Under the pieces are notes generated by a model, which saw only the letters and a list, made by a program, of their open reading frames with translations, searched no databases and was not told where the DNA came from. Shown here piece after piece: positions 17,767 through 27,612 of a stretch of DNA of 63,336 bases. Position 1 is the first letter of the stretch, and the number at the start of each line of letters is the position of its first letter. A program made the translations under genes and the position numbers. Origin of the DNA: Chloroflexota bacterium (GTDB lineage Bacteria; Chloroflexota; Limnocylindria; QHBO01); assembly GCA_039933775.1 (NCBI GenBank), contig JBDTNK010000003.1, positions 1 through 63,336 of the forward strand. Direction: 5' to 3'.

Positions 17767-19653
17767 ATGGCACCCGTGGAGCAGCGATCGGCGCCCATCC
17801 AGGCGATCATCGTCGCGACCTGGTATCCGGGCGTGGACGACCCTGGCAGGGGGCGGTTCGTCGCGGACCAGGTCGAGGCGCTCATCGGCACGGGCCGGGT
17901 GCGACCACTCGTTGCCTCGTTCGAGATCGCATACGTTGACAACGCGGCGGCGGCACACCGCTCCGACGCGGTCACAGAGCGTCTCCGCGACGCGTCAGCC
18001 CATCGCAACGACCTCGTCTCGCCGCGCGGCTGGTCGACCACGTCACCAATCGGCACCGCGCGACTGCCTGTACCGGAACCGTATGGGCGCAGCTCGCTGC
18101 CGGCCGGGGAAGAAGCGGATCGCAGGCGCGCGGCACTCGAGTTGCTCGCCGACCGCCTCGAAACCAGGGGGGCGCGGGGGGTGGTCCACGCTCACACCGC
18201 TTACCCTGACGGATACGCCGCAATCGGAATCGCGCAGCGCCTCGGCTGGCCACTCGTCATCACCGAACATGCCTCCTTCGTTGCGCGGCAGCTGCGTCAA
18301 CCCGAACACCGCTGGCGGTATCTGGAGGCGGCCACGGCGGCGGCCCGGTTCATCGCAGTCAGCGAGATGCTGGCCTCCGAGCTGCGATCTGCAATTCCCG
18401 AGTTGGATCCCAAGCTCACGGTGCTGCCGAACATCATTCCAGTGGATGATTTCGACGCGGCCACGCTGGACGAACGCACCCCCGATGAGCTGATCTTTGT
18501 CGGCAACCGCAAGGAACGCAAAGGGATGGTGGTCCTGCTTCGGGCGTTCGCCGACGTGCTGGAGCGGAGACCCAGCGCGACCTTGCGCCTCATCGGCAAA
18601 TCCCCGACCGACGCCGAGGAACAGCGCTGGCATGAGCTCGCCCGCGATCTCGGTATTGCCCACGCGGTCAGGTTCGATGGGCCGGCGGACCGCGCGGGGG
18701 TCGCGGCCGCCCTACGCCGTGCGAGCGTCTTCGTCCATGCCAGCCCACGCGAGACATTTGGAGTCGTGACGCTGGAAGCCCTCGCATCCGGATTGCCAGT
18801 CGTCGCGACCGAGTCCGGTGGGATCAGCGCCATCCTCCAGGACGAACGGCTGGGAGCGCTTGTGCCGCCTCAGGACCCGCGCATGCTGGCGCTCGCAGTC
18901 GTGCGGACACTCGAGCGACGACAGGAATTCGATCCGGAAACGCTTCGGTCGGCCGTGGAGCGCTTCTCGCCAGCAGTAGTCGCTCCGCGCCTCGCGGCGC
19001 TCTACGACGAGGTGATCACCGAAGGTGGCGATGGCGCTGCGGCCAACGGCGATCGGGTCAGAGCGCAAGACGTCGCGTGGGCGGGGCATACCGTCCCCGT
19101 TCAAGCGCGCATGGTGGTCGTGGCACATGACACGGTTCGTGCACTGCGATTCCTGTCCGGCATGCCCGATGACCTGCTGGCTCAACTCACGCTTGTCACT
19201 GATGGCGTCCCGGCGGGGGCAGAAGCGCCAGCGGCGATCCACCAGGTGGTTGAAGCCCAGGGCCACATCGCCGAGGAGCTGCGCCACCGCGGCCTGTTCG
19301 GCCCGCGGGGGCAGCTGTCCGAGCGATTGCGGCGACTCATCCGCAACCCCGTCGGACCGTTGCAGCGACGCCTTGTCAAGGGCGGCTTGGCAGAGCTTCG
19401 CTGGGAGGCGAACTCCGCGGGCCTTGCCCGCGCCCTGCAAGAGGCGCTTCGCTCCGACGGCGGGGCCGCGGAGGTCTACTGTCTGGATGTCCTCGACTAT
19501 GCCGTCACGCAGCCGTTGGTGGCGGCTGGCCGCCTGACATCAGTTCCTGGCGGTCTGCTCTGGCTCGCTGATCGCTGGAGTGCGCTGCAGGATGCGGAGA
19601 TGTCAACTTCACCAGCAGTCGACGCCCAGAGGTCAGTCTCGCCCATCGCCTGA
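17767..19653 (+). CDS. Glycosyltransferase family 4 with about 200-aa C-terminal extension
   Basis: HAHTAYPDG, VITEHAS, FVGNRKERKG, ETFGVVTLEALASGLPVVATESGG, then an unassigned domain. Confidence 0.88.
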   Translation: MAPVEQRSAPIQAIIVATWYPGVDDPGRGRFVADQVEALIGTGRVRPLVASFEIAYVDNAAAAHRSDAVTERLRDASAHRNDLVSPRGWSTTSPIGTARLPVPEPYGRSSLPAGEEADRRRAALELLADRLETRGARGVVHAHTAYPDGYAAIGIAQRLGWPLVITEHASFVARQLRQPEHRWRYLEAATAAARFIAVSEMLASELRSAIPELDPKLTVLPNIIPVDDFDAATLDERTPDELIFVGNRKERKGMVVLLRAFADVLERRPSATLRLIGKSPTDAEEQRWHELARDLGIAHAVRFDGPADRAGVAAALRRASVFVHASPRETFGVVTLEALASGLPVVATESGGISAILQDERLGALVPPQDPRMLALAVVRTLERRQEFDPETLRSAVERFSPAVVAPRLAALYDEVITEGGDGAAANGDRVRAQDVAWAGHTVPVQARMVVVAHDTVRALRFLSGMPDDLLAQLTLVTDGVPAGAEAPAAIHQVVEAQGHIAEELRHRGLFGPRGQLSERLRRLIRNPVGPLQRRLVKGGLAELRWEANSAGLARALQEALRSDGGAAEVYCLDVLDYAVTQPLVAAGRLTSVPGGLLWLADRWSALQDAEMSTSPAVDAQRSVSPIA

Positions 19654-19674
19654 CGCAACCCGATCAACTGCCGT

Positions 19675-20757
19675 TCAGCCCTCCCGCTCGAGGATCGCCG
19701 ACGCGATACGGTCGCTGACCTTCGGCCAATCGTAGACGCGCTCTGCGACCTCGCGGGCCACCGCACCGATTCGCTTCGCCTCGGTCTCGTCCCGGATGAG
19801 ACGGGCGAGCGCCTCGGCGAGGTCCTCGGTGGTGTCCCCGGCGGCCGCTACCCCGACACCGTGACGCTTGATGAGTTGTACCGTCTCGGTGCGGGGCGTG
19901 ACGACCAGCGGTCGTCCCGCGGCCAGCGCATCGAAGATCTTGACCGGCAGCGTTGCATCCCAGTACGCATGCGCAGGATGCGGAATACAGAACACCGTCG
20001 CCTGCCGAAGAGCAAAGCTGAGATCGTCTCGCCGTACGGCGTCAATCTCGATCCAGCGCTCGCGGCGGACACTCTCCGATAGGCTGGCGAGGTAGGCACC
20101 GCTGCGAGGGTCGGTAGCGATGAGCCACAGTTGGAGCCGCAGCTCGGGGATCTCGTCCCGGATCAGCCTGGCCGCATCGATGAGCCGCTCGATGCCGCGT
20201 GCCGGCGCCGCACCGGAAATGAAGGCGATGGCCGGATCCTCGGGCCAGACGCCAGGTCGAATGCCCTCCGCATCGGTGCCGTTCTCGCCCGGAATGATGT
20301 GCTCCAACGGCAGGCCAGCGAGCTCGGCCAGCGCCAGCGTCGGCATCACCTGCCATCGGAACGCTCGAACGTTTGCATCACGTCGCTTCCGAAGCGCTCG
20401 GGCTCGTTCCGGAGCGAGCTCGAATCCCAAGGCCGCATGGTGAGGGATGGGGTCATCGTAGATGGCGACTGCAACGAGGTCGGCGCGCCGCGCAAGACGA
20501 CGGATGACCGCCGCATCGAGCGTCTCCCCCGACACGAGCTTCGGACGAGGGCCCACATGCCCGATGAAGGGAATCGAGAGTCCAGCCGGCCCAAGGGTCG
20601 GTCGAATGGACGCCCAAGACCAGCCGGCAGCAATCTCGCCGCCGGTGCGCTCGGCGAGCGCCCGGAAGATATGACGTCGCCGGCGCTCGCCGCCCCACCG
20701 CTCCTCGCGTCCCTCGAGAATGGCGATCCAACGCTCTCGCGCCGCGCGTTCAGCCAT
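19675..20757 (-). CDS. Glycosyltransferase family 4 (tandem paralogue)
   Basis: SGAAPARGIERL, LPVKIFDALAAGRPLVVTP, YDWPKV. Confidence 0.85.
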   Translation of the reverse strand: MAERAARERWIAILEGREERWGGERRRRHIFRALAERTGGEIAAGWSWASIRPTLGPAGLSIPFIGHVGPRPKLVSGETLDAAVIRRLARRADLVAVAIYDDPIPHHAALGFELAPERARALRKRRDANVRAFRWQVMPTLALAELAGLPLEHIIPGENGTDAEGIRPGVWPEDPAIAFISGAAPARGIERLIDAARLIRDEIPELRLQLWLIATDPRSGAYLASLSESVRRERWIEIDAVRRDDLSFALRQATVFCIPHPAHAYWDATLPVKIFDALAAGRPLVVTPRTETVQLIKRHGVGVAAAGDTTEDLAEALARLIRDETEAKRIGAVAREVAERVYDWPKVSDRIASAILEREG

Positions 20758-21943
20758 TCAACGCGCCAGTGCCGCTGCTCGAAGAAAACACGGCTGCCGC
20801 ACTGAGCGCGCCCTCGCGTCGCAGAACCTCGAGTGCCAACCGTTCGCCGACGACCGGCCAGTCGTACTGCTCCACCGCCGCGGCGCGGGCGGCCTCTCCC
20901 ATGCGACGCGCGGCTGCCTCGTCGTTCAGCACCCGCACGAGCGCGGTCGCGATGTCTTCCGGCCGATCCCCACCAGCAACCTCACCCGCGGCGTGGCGCA
21001 GCACGAGGTCGCGGGTCTCGGTGCGCGGCGTAATGACGAGCGGCCGGCCGGCGGCCATGGAGTCGAAGACTTTGACCGGCAACGCGACGTCCATGTACGC
21101 GCCGGGGGGATGCGGAACGGCCAGCACGGTTGCCTGTGAAAGTGCGGCGCTGATCTCTGCGTAGTCCACGCTTGTGATCTCGATCCACGAATCCGCGGCA
21201 ACCGATAAGCGCAGCCGGGTGAGGTAGTCCTCGCTCTCGGGGCCAGTCGGGACGAGCCAGAGCAGCAGCCGGAGCTCCCGCATCTCCTCGCGGATTTCGC
21301 GGGCGGCCGTCACAAGGTTCTCGATCCCGCGCCCCGGGGCGGCACCGGATACCATGCCGACCGTGGGACGGGCCGGCCACGGTCCCGGGCGGATGTGCTT
21401 CACGTCAGTCCCGTTGCCGGCGACGATGGCCCGATCAAGGTCAAGGCCGATCAATGCCGCGAACGAGGCAGTCGGCACGGCATGCCATCGAAAGGCGTCG
21501 ATATTCCCCACTCGCCGTGCCGTGTACAGCGCAGTCTTCGGCGACGACATCCGCATGCCGAGCGACGCAGTCTGCGATACAGGATCGTCGTAGATCGCCA
21601 CGACGGCGAGGTCGGCAGCTCGCCGAATGACGCGCAGCATGTCGGGCCGCAACTGCTCCGATGATGCGAGCCTTGGTCGGGACAACCGGAACGGGATCGG
21701 CAGTGCACGGAGCGCGAATGGCACGCGACCCATGGCGTCGGCGAGCGCCCGAATCGACCACCCGTCGGCCGTCATTGCTCGCGTGTGGCGGGCAAGCTGG
21801 CGGAAGATCTGCCGACGTCGCAGGTCGCCACCCCAACGCTGACGGTGTTCTTCATGCATCACGACCCACGGCCCATACGGCCGCAGCTCCGGACGCGAAC
21901 GCGCAGGAGCAGTCACCTCGTTTGGCGACGCAGAATCGTGCAT
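20750..21943 (-). CDS. Glycosyltransferase family 4 (tandem paralogue; start 21943 or 21994)
   Basis: SGAAPGRGIENL, LPVKVFDSMAAGRPLVITP, YDWPVV. Confidence 0.85.
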   Translation of the reverse strand: MHDSASPNEVTAPARSRPELRPYGPWVVMHEEHRQRWGGDLRRRQIFRQLARHTRAMTADGWSIRALADAMGRVPFALRALPIPFRLSRPRLASSEQLRPDMLRVIRRAADLAVVAIYDDPVSQTASLGMRMSSPKTALYTARRVGNIDAFRWHAVPTASFAALIGLDLDRAIVAGNGTDVKHIRPGPWPARPTVGMVSGAAPGRGIENLVTAAREIREEMRELRLLLWLVPTGPESEDYLTRLRLSVAADSWIEITSVDYAEISAALSQATVLAVPHPPGAYMDVALPVKVFDSMAAGRPLVITPRTETRDLVLRHAAGEVAGGDRPEDIATALVRVLNDEAAARRMGEAARAAAVEQYDWPVVGERLALEVLRREGALSAAAVFSSSSGTGALNG

Positions 21944-22001
21944 GGAGTCCGAACCATAGCAACCGGCGCGCCTGCGCCTCGGCTGCGCGGTCAATTGAGC
22001 G

Positions 22002-22754
22002 TCAGTATGCCCCGCGGCCGCTCACCACGGCACCAAAGGTCAGTGCCGCGATCTTCGCGTCGAGCACAAACCCCCGCCGACGGATGTAGCTCAACTCGAG
22101 CCGCATGCGGTCTTCGAAGGTCCGGTCCGACCGACCATTGACCTGCCAAAGCCCGGTGATGCCTGGTCGGACACTGAGGAGCTCCACCGCTTCCTCGCGG
22201 CCACGAAGCTCATCGGCGAAGTAGGGGCGTGGACCGATGAGGCTCATCTCGCCGGCAAGGACGTTCACGAGTTGAGGAAGCTCATCGATGGATGTGCGGC
22301 GCAGGAACGACCCGATCCGGGTGATGCGTGGATCATCCTTCAGCTTCTTGTTGAGGATGTACTCCATCCGTCGTTCCTCGTCCACGCTGAGGAGCTCCTC
22401 AAGGTGCTTGTGCGCCCCATTTCGCATGGTGCGGAATTTCAGAACGGTAATCGGCTGGCCGTAGCGACCCAGTCGCTGACATCGGTACAGGATGGGCATG
22501 CCGGAATCCAACCAGATGGCGAGGGCCGCGCCAAGGAGGATAGGCGAGAAGAGAATCAGAAGCAGCGAAGCGGCCACGACATCGGCAAGCCGCTTGCTGA
22601 AGTAGTACAGAAGCTGCGGAAACGATGCACTCGCCGCCGCGGTCCGTCCTTGTTGCAGTTGCTCCAAAGGGCCCTCCACCCTGGCCGATGCGGGCACGTG
22701 AGAGCCGTCGGCCCAGATCGCGGTGCCCGCGCGATCCTGTCGAAGTATACGCAA
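22002..22754 (-). CDS. Priming polyprenyl-phosphate sugar phosphotransferase (WbaP/CpsE-type C-terminal domain); start may be GTG 22697
   Basis: KRLADVV, LKFRTM, DDPRITRIGSFLRRTSIDELPQL.NVL.GEMSLIGPRP, PGITGLWQV.GR. Confidence 0.92.
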   Translation of the reverse strand: MRILRQDRAGTAIWADGSHVPASARVEGPLEQLQQGRTAAASASFPQLLYYFSKRLADVVAASLLLILFSPILLGAALAIWLDSGMPILYRCQRLGRYGQPITVLKFRTMRNGAHKHLEELLSVDEERRMEYILNKKLKDDPRITRIGSFLRRTSIDELPQLVNVLAGEMSLIGPRPYFADELRGREEAVELLSVRPGITGLWQVNGRSDRTFEDRMRLELSYIRRRGFVLDAKIAALTFGAVVSGRGAY

Positions 22755-22843
22755 GCGTCAAGGCCATGGCGTGAGCCAATGGTCCCGGGTCGCGCTGTCA
22801 TTCGCTCCGGTCATGCCGCGACATCTGTCGCGAGAGACCGATG

Positions 22844-22877
22844 GCGAGACCGCGTCGCACAGCCGGCGCGGTCTCGC
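22844..22877. terminator. GC-rich hairpin downstream of the CWB2 gene pair
   Basis: Perfect 11-bp inverted repeat GCGAGACCGCG / CGCGGTCTCGC, 12-nt loop, no U tract. A second 7-bp hairpin lies at 22817-22832. Confidence 0.45.
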
Positions 22878-22917
22878 TAACCCCACCCAGACGCTCCAAA
22901 GCGTCGATCCGTTGCGG

Positions 22918-25674
22918 CTAGGTGCCCCGGATCTGCGCCATGACGGCGTCCGAGATGATGCCGGGGCCGCCGAGCACGTGCACGAGGCTCGGGTCGAGAC
23001 CGGCGATCGCAGCGAGGACGCCAGGCTCCAGTGATGTCACCTTCGTCAGGAGGACCGGCACGCCGCCCGGACCTGCGGCCAGTGCATCAGGGAAGTTCAG
23101 CCCGGTCGCAACGAACAGATGATCTCCCGTCGAGGCATTGAAGAAGGCCTGCGCGATCTTCACGGCGGTGTCATAGCGCGTGTCGCCACCCAGGCGCGTG
23201 ACCGTCGTCGCATAGCTGTGCAACTGCGTCTCCACTGCCGCGGAGATGGCGGTAGGCCCACCCGCGATGAAGATTTGGCCCGGATTGAGCCGATCGAGCT
23301 GCGCGACAGTCGCCGCGGGAATGTCGCCTGACCGGACCAGCAGGATCGGGATTCCGGCGTGCGCCGCCGCTGCTGCGCCAGAGATCGCATCGGGGAAGTT
23401 CAGCCCGGTCGCGACGATGACGGCCGCCGCGGTGCCCGGGAAGGCGTCCTGGACCGCGATGGCGGCCGTCTCGTATCGGTCAGCTCCGGCGAGACGGACG
23501 ACATTGCCGCTGCGCGCATGGGGCTTGAGCGCGTCCGCGACGGACTGGGGCACGGCATTCGTGCCGCCGAGCAGGTAAATCGTCTGCGGGTTGAGCCGGT
23601 TGAGCTCCGCGACCGTCTCAGGCGGAATCGTTCCGCCCTTCACGAGGAGCAAGGTCCCATTCCGTTTGGCGGCCAATGGACCGCCGGCCAGCGCATCGGG
23701 GAAGGCGACGCCCGTGGCGACGTAGACCGCGTTGACGCCAGTACCCACGCTGGGCTTGAGCAGCTGCGAGACCTGGGCAGCCGTACCGTATCGGTCTGCC
23801 CCGAAGAGGCGCACGACGGTCGGGGTCGCGGCCGGGGTAGGAGTCGCGGTCGGCACCGGCGTGGGGGTGGGCGTGCCCACCGGCGTCGGAGTGGGTACCG
23901 GCGTCGGCGTCGGGGTCGGGGTGGGCGTCGGTCCAGCGGCCGTGCAGGTGCCGCTCACGCGGACTTCATAGATCCGGCCATCGTTCTCCGTCTGATTGGG
24001 AGCGGCATTGTCGACGCCGCGGTCGACGATGTAAGCGCTCGTCCCAGGTCCCGTGGAGCACGGTGCGATGGTCACGCCACCGAGCGAATCGAGCGCTGAG
24101 ATGCTGCTGAGGTCGAACTCCTCAATGATGGTGCCGCTCGTGGAGACGTTGGAGAGCAGCTTGACGCTCTTGCTGTTGCTCACGATCCAGAGGGAGCCAC
24201 CGCTGTAGTCCACGCCCTCGGGATCAGGCTGACCGATGGCGGCCGTGTCGAAGTGGCCAACGACGACATCGTCCCCGCCATCTCCCGGGGTGCCGTCGAA
24301 TACCGTGTTCGCGCCGGGGGCTAGTTCCCAAATCTCGGCACCAAGGCCGTCGCCGATGAAGAGATGGCCGGCACCGAAGCCCAGGCCTTCCGGATCCTGG
24401 ACGCATGGGGCGCCACCGGAGTCGCATGCGTGGACGAGCGAAAAGTCATTGAGCAGCGTGTCGTTGCTGTTGTACGTTGCGTCAGATCCCGGATCGACGA
24501 CGTAGATATGCTTCTGGCTGTCGTTCGAGTTGTACTGGTACTTCGTGCCGGGGTCGACGGCGACGCCGACGGGCTCGGTCTGGTTGTAGTCAGTCGTGTC
24601 GAAGGTGCCCTGGAGAGCCCCCGCAGTCGTGGTCCGATAGCCATTCGCGTTGTTGAACCACGGCGGCGGCGATCCCTCCTCGATCTCGCCATCCACGACG
24701 ACCAATTGGCTGAGCCATGAAGCCCACGCAATGCCGGATGGATCCGTGCTCGACGGGTTCCATGATGAGTTGGAAGTATCGATGGTCCGGATCAGCGTCG
24801 CGGCCGTGGCCGTGGCTGTCAGTGCCTGTGCGGTGAGCTGCGGTTCGGTTAGGTCGACCTCGACGATCCCGGCGTCCTGTTGCGTCACACCCGCGTCTGC
24901 GATGAAGAGATTGTTGACCGATCCCTCGTCGGTCTGATCACCACTCGGCGCCAGCGTGATGCCTCGCGGGTCCGCGAGATTCGCGTCGTCGAGATTGCGC
25001 ACCGTCCGGGGGGTCCCATCGGAACCCAGCTCATAGAGCGCCGAGGTATCGGCGTCGAGGACGAAGATGGACCCGTCCTGCCCGATGGCCGGGCCGACAA
25101 GCCGGTGACCCGCGATATCGGTCAGTGAGGCCAGCACTGGGCCAGGAGCGAGCGTGCCATCGGGCGCCGTCGAGGTCCGCGTCAACGCGTTGGCATCCAG
25201 GACGACGTAGGTGCCATCACGCGGATCGACCGCGATGCCATCAGGCGAAGCCGCGGTGAGCTGTGGCGCGGCGCTGCTTGCCGCGAACGACTTGCCTGTC
25301 GGGATGGTACCGGTGCCGATGAGGAGCCGATGGGTGATCCGGTCGTACGCGAAGACGCCGTCCTGGCCTGGGGGGAGGGCGACAACGCTCGCGACCTCGC
25401 CGATGGGATCGACGTAGGTGACCTGGGAGGCGTCTGCGCCGGCGGAACCAAGCACCGCGAGCTCGCCGCGATCGGCCGCGTACGCAATGCCGGCCGGCGT
25501 TCCGATTCCAAGCTCGCCAGCTTCGATGAGCCTGACGAATCGGGCGTAGCCAGGCACAAACGATGTCGTGCTCGTCGGGCCTTGCGCCGCGACGGGCGCG
25601 GTGAGGCTGAATAGAAGACTCGCCACGACGGCGAAGCTCATGAGCGTGGCACTGCCCCGAGCAGCCTTGGGCAC
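22918..25674 (-). CDS. Secreted surface protein: beta-propeller-like repeats + Pro/Thr linker + 3 CWB2 (cell_wall_binding_2) repeats
   Basis: Signal peptide and SD GAGGGGAGG. Recurring DPxG/EPxG blades. Three RLxGxDRYxTA...ATGxxFPDALAG...LLV units. Confidence 0.88.
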   Translation of the reverse strand: MPKAARGSATLMSFAVVASLLFSLTAPVAAQGPTSTTSFVPGYARFVRLIEAGELGIGTPAGIAYAADRGELAVLGSAGADASQVTYVDPIGEVASVVALPPGQDGVFAYDRITHRLLIGTGTIPTGKSFAASSAAPQLTAASPDGIAVDPRDGTYVVLDANALTRTSTAPDGTLAPGPVLASLTDIAGHRLVGPAIGQDGSIFVLDADTSALYELGSDGTPRTVRNLDDANLADPRGITLAPSGDQTDEGSVNNLFIADAGVTQQDAGIVEVDLTEPQLTAQALTATATAATLIRTIDTSNSSWNPSSTDPSGIAWASWLSQLVVVDGEIEEGSPPPWFNNANGYRTTTAGALQGTFDTTDYNQTEPVGVAVDPGTKYQYNSNDSQKHIYVVDPGSDATYNSNDTLLNDFSLVHACDSGGAPCVQDPEGLGFGAGHLFIGDGLGAEIWELAPGANTVFDGTPGDGGDDVVVGHFDTAAIGQPDPEGVDYSGGSLWIVSNSKSVKLLSNVSTSGTIIEEFDLSSISALDSLGGVTIAPCSTGPGTSAYIVDRGVDNAAPNQTENDGRIYEVRVSGTCTAAGPTPTPTPTPTPVPTPTPVGTPTPTPVPTATPTPAATPTVVRLFGADRYGTAAQVSQLLKPSVGTGVNAVYVATGVAFPDALAGGPLAAKRNGTLLLVKGGTIPPETVAELNRLNPQTIYLLGGTNAVPQSVADALKPHARSGNVVRLAGADRYETAAIAVQDAFPGTAAAVIVATGLNFPDAISGAAAAAHAGIPILLVRSGDIPAATVAQLDRLNPGQIFIAGGPTAISAAVETQLHSYATTVTRLGGDTRYDTAVKIAQAFFNASTGDHLFVATGLNFPDALAAGPGGVPVLLTKVTSLEPGVLAAIAGLDPSLVHVLGGPGIISDAVMAQIRGT
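23822..23934 (-). repeat. Pro-Thr low-complexity linker (PTPTPTPTPVPTPTP...)
   Basis: Seen directly in the translation between passenger and CWB2 domains. Confidence 0.85.
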
Positions 25675-25734
25675 AGGTTCCCTCCCCTCAAGTTGGAGTG
25701 TCGGGCCAGGATCGCTCCTGGCCCGACATCGAGA

Positions 25735-27318
25735 TCAGCTCCCCTGCAGCTGGGTGATGAGGCTGTCCTCGAGCACCGTCGGTCCACCGAGGACGTGAAT
25801 CCGCAGCGGATCGAGGCGCTTGGCCTCGTTGAAGGCAGCTGTGGTCAACGGGCCGCCCTTGGAGAGCAGCAGCGGGTTGCCGAAGGCACCTGCCGCCAAT
25901 GCATCCGGGAAGTTCTGGCCGGTCGCGACGAACAGATCGTCGTACTCGGCCGGACCAAAGAATGTCTGGGACACCACGACCGCGGTGGCGTACCGATCGA
26001 TGCCGGAGAGCCGGGTCACGGTCGTCGTGTAAGCCTTCAGCGCATTGACCACGGTCTCGGGGATCACGCTCGGGCCGCCGAGCACGTAGATCGTGGTCGG
26101 ATTGAGCCGGTCGAGCTGCGTCGCCGTCTCGCCGGGGATCGTTCCACCCTTGACGAGCAGGATCGGTGCGCCCTGATCGCCCGCCGCGGCCGCTCCTGCG
26201 AGGGCATCAGGGAAGTTCACGCCGGTTGCGACGAACACGTTGGTCTCGGTGGTCGGGAAGATGGTCGCGGCAATGTCGGCCGCCGTGCCGTATCGGTCCG
26301 CACCGTCGAGCCGAGTGGCCGTTGCGCCACCCGCGGCCACCTGGAGCTGGGCGACGGTCACATCGGGAATTGCCGCCGGGCCACCCAGGATGTACAGCGT
26401 GGTCGGCGATAGCCGCGCCAGCTCGTTGCTGGTGAAGCTGGGGATGGTACCGCCCTTCACAAGGAGGATCGGCGCGTCGAGCTCGTGGGCCGCTGAGGCA
26501 CCCGCCAGCGCATCGGGGAAGTTGACACCGGTCGCAATGAAGGCCGCGTTGATGCCGCCGGTGGGAACCGTCGGGTACATCATCTGGGACAGCTTCGCCG
26601 CGGTCTCGTAGCGGTCAGCGCCGAAGGTCCGCGTCACCACCGGCGACGGGCGCGGCGTCGGCGTTGCGCTGCCGGTCGGGGTCGCGGTGGCAGTCGGCAC
26701 GGGCGTTGGGGTGGCCGTCCCGACTGGGGTCGGCGTCGGGGTCGACGTCGGAGGCGGCGCGCCGGTGCAGTCGATCGTCACCTTGTACGAGGGCTCCCCA
26801 ATGGGCGGATCCTTGATCGCCCACGATCCGTCTCCATCGGTCCATGACAGGTCTGCACGATTGAGGACCGTGTTGTCGATGCCACCGGTTCCGTTATCGG
26901 GGCACGCCTGAGCCAGAGGCTGCACGGTGACGTTCAGCGTCGCAACAACGGTTTTACCTGCACCCACGGTGCCGACGGTGCACGTGACGTCCACGCCGAC
27001 GACCGGGCAGGCAGTGTCGACGCCGCCATCGTTGGAGAATTTCGCCGACGTGACGACGATCTGGCCGGCGTCGAGTGAACCATCCCCGAGGACGACATTC
27101 GTGACAGCAGTCGAGCCCGTATTGGTGGCTGTCAAGCTATAGGTGTAAACATCGCCGGGAGCGACGTTCGTCGTGGATGACGTCTTGTCGAGCGTCATGG
27201 TGGTGATCGAGGCGCCGACCAGCTGCACGGACAGCAGCAGGAGCACGACGATTCCGAAGGCACTGATGACCCCGGCAAAGAACCGGAGCGTTCCAAAGGC
27301 AGCCAGGCGGGCAGTCAC
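25735..27318 (-). CDS. Secreted surface protein: DUF11-like Ig domain + Pro/Thr linker + 3 CWB2 repeats
   Basis: GTG 27318 preceded by AGGGGAG. TLDKTSSTTNVAPGDVYTYSLTATNTG (DUF11-like). Three FGADRYETA / LDGADRYGTA / LSGIDRYATA + FPDALA units. Confidence 0.88.
   Translation of the reverse strand: MTARLAAFGTLRFFAGVISAFGIVVLLLLSVQLVGASITTMTLDKTSSTTNVAPGDVYTYSLTATNTGSTAVTNVVLGDGSLDAGQIVVTSAKFSNDGGVDTACPVVGVDVTCTVGTVGAGKTVVATLNVTVQPLAQACPDNGTGGIDNTVLNRADLSWTDGDGSWAIKDPPIGEPSYKVTIDCTGAPPPTSTPTPTPVGTATPTPVPTATATPTGSATPTPRPSPVVTRTFGADRYETAAKLSQMMYPTVPTGGINAAFIATGVNFPDALAGASAAHELDAPILLVKGGTIPSFTSNELARLSPTTLYILGGPAAIPDVTVAQLQVAAGGATATRLDGADRYGTAADIAATIFPTTETNVFVATGVNFPDALAGAAAAGDQGAPILLVKGGTIPGETATQLDRLNPTTIYVLGGPSVIPETVVNALKAYTTTVTRLSGIDRYATAVVVSQTFFGPAEYDDLFVATGQNFPDALAAGAFGNPLLLSKGGPLTTAAFNEAKRLDPLRIHVLGGPTVLEDSLITQLQGS
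26642..26760 (-). repeat. Pro-Thr low-complexity linker
   Basis: APPPTSTPTPTPVGTATPTPVPTATATPTGSATPTPRPSP. Confidence 0.85.
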
Positions 27319-27612
27319 GGTGAGGTCTCTCCCCTGATGAGGACGGATGGGTGGAGCGGGCATCGTAGTACGCACGTCCCACGAATGCATAGTGCTCGAG
27401 GGCTTGCTTCCAAGCGTCGCCCGTGTGGCGCTGAGCGTGGTAGATGCCCGTCTGGTGCTGTCCGTCACCGGAAATCCGGAGATTAGCGCGACGGGCTCAC
27501 GCAGGGGTGAGCGACCCGCCAGCTGCAACCGACCGTGCCGAATGAGCCGATGCGCACACCGGCTGCGGCGCTGCCTCCCAGCCACTGGCGAAACCGAGCA
27601 CACAACCCGCGA

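Noticed and set aside
27364-27612. Possible c-di-AMP or c-di-GMP riboswitch upstream of the CWB2 genes
   Set aside because: Only a partial CCCGTC..GCTAA-like stretch and GTGGGACG on the minus strand. The GCTGAATC and GGCAAACC/GACGCAAAG cores are absent. An Infernal/Rfam scan would settle it.
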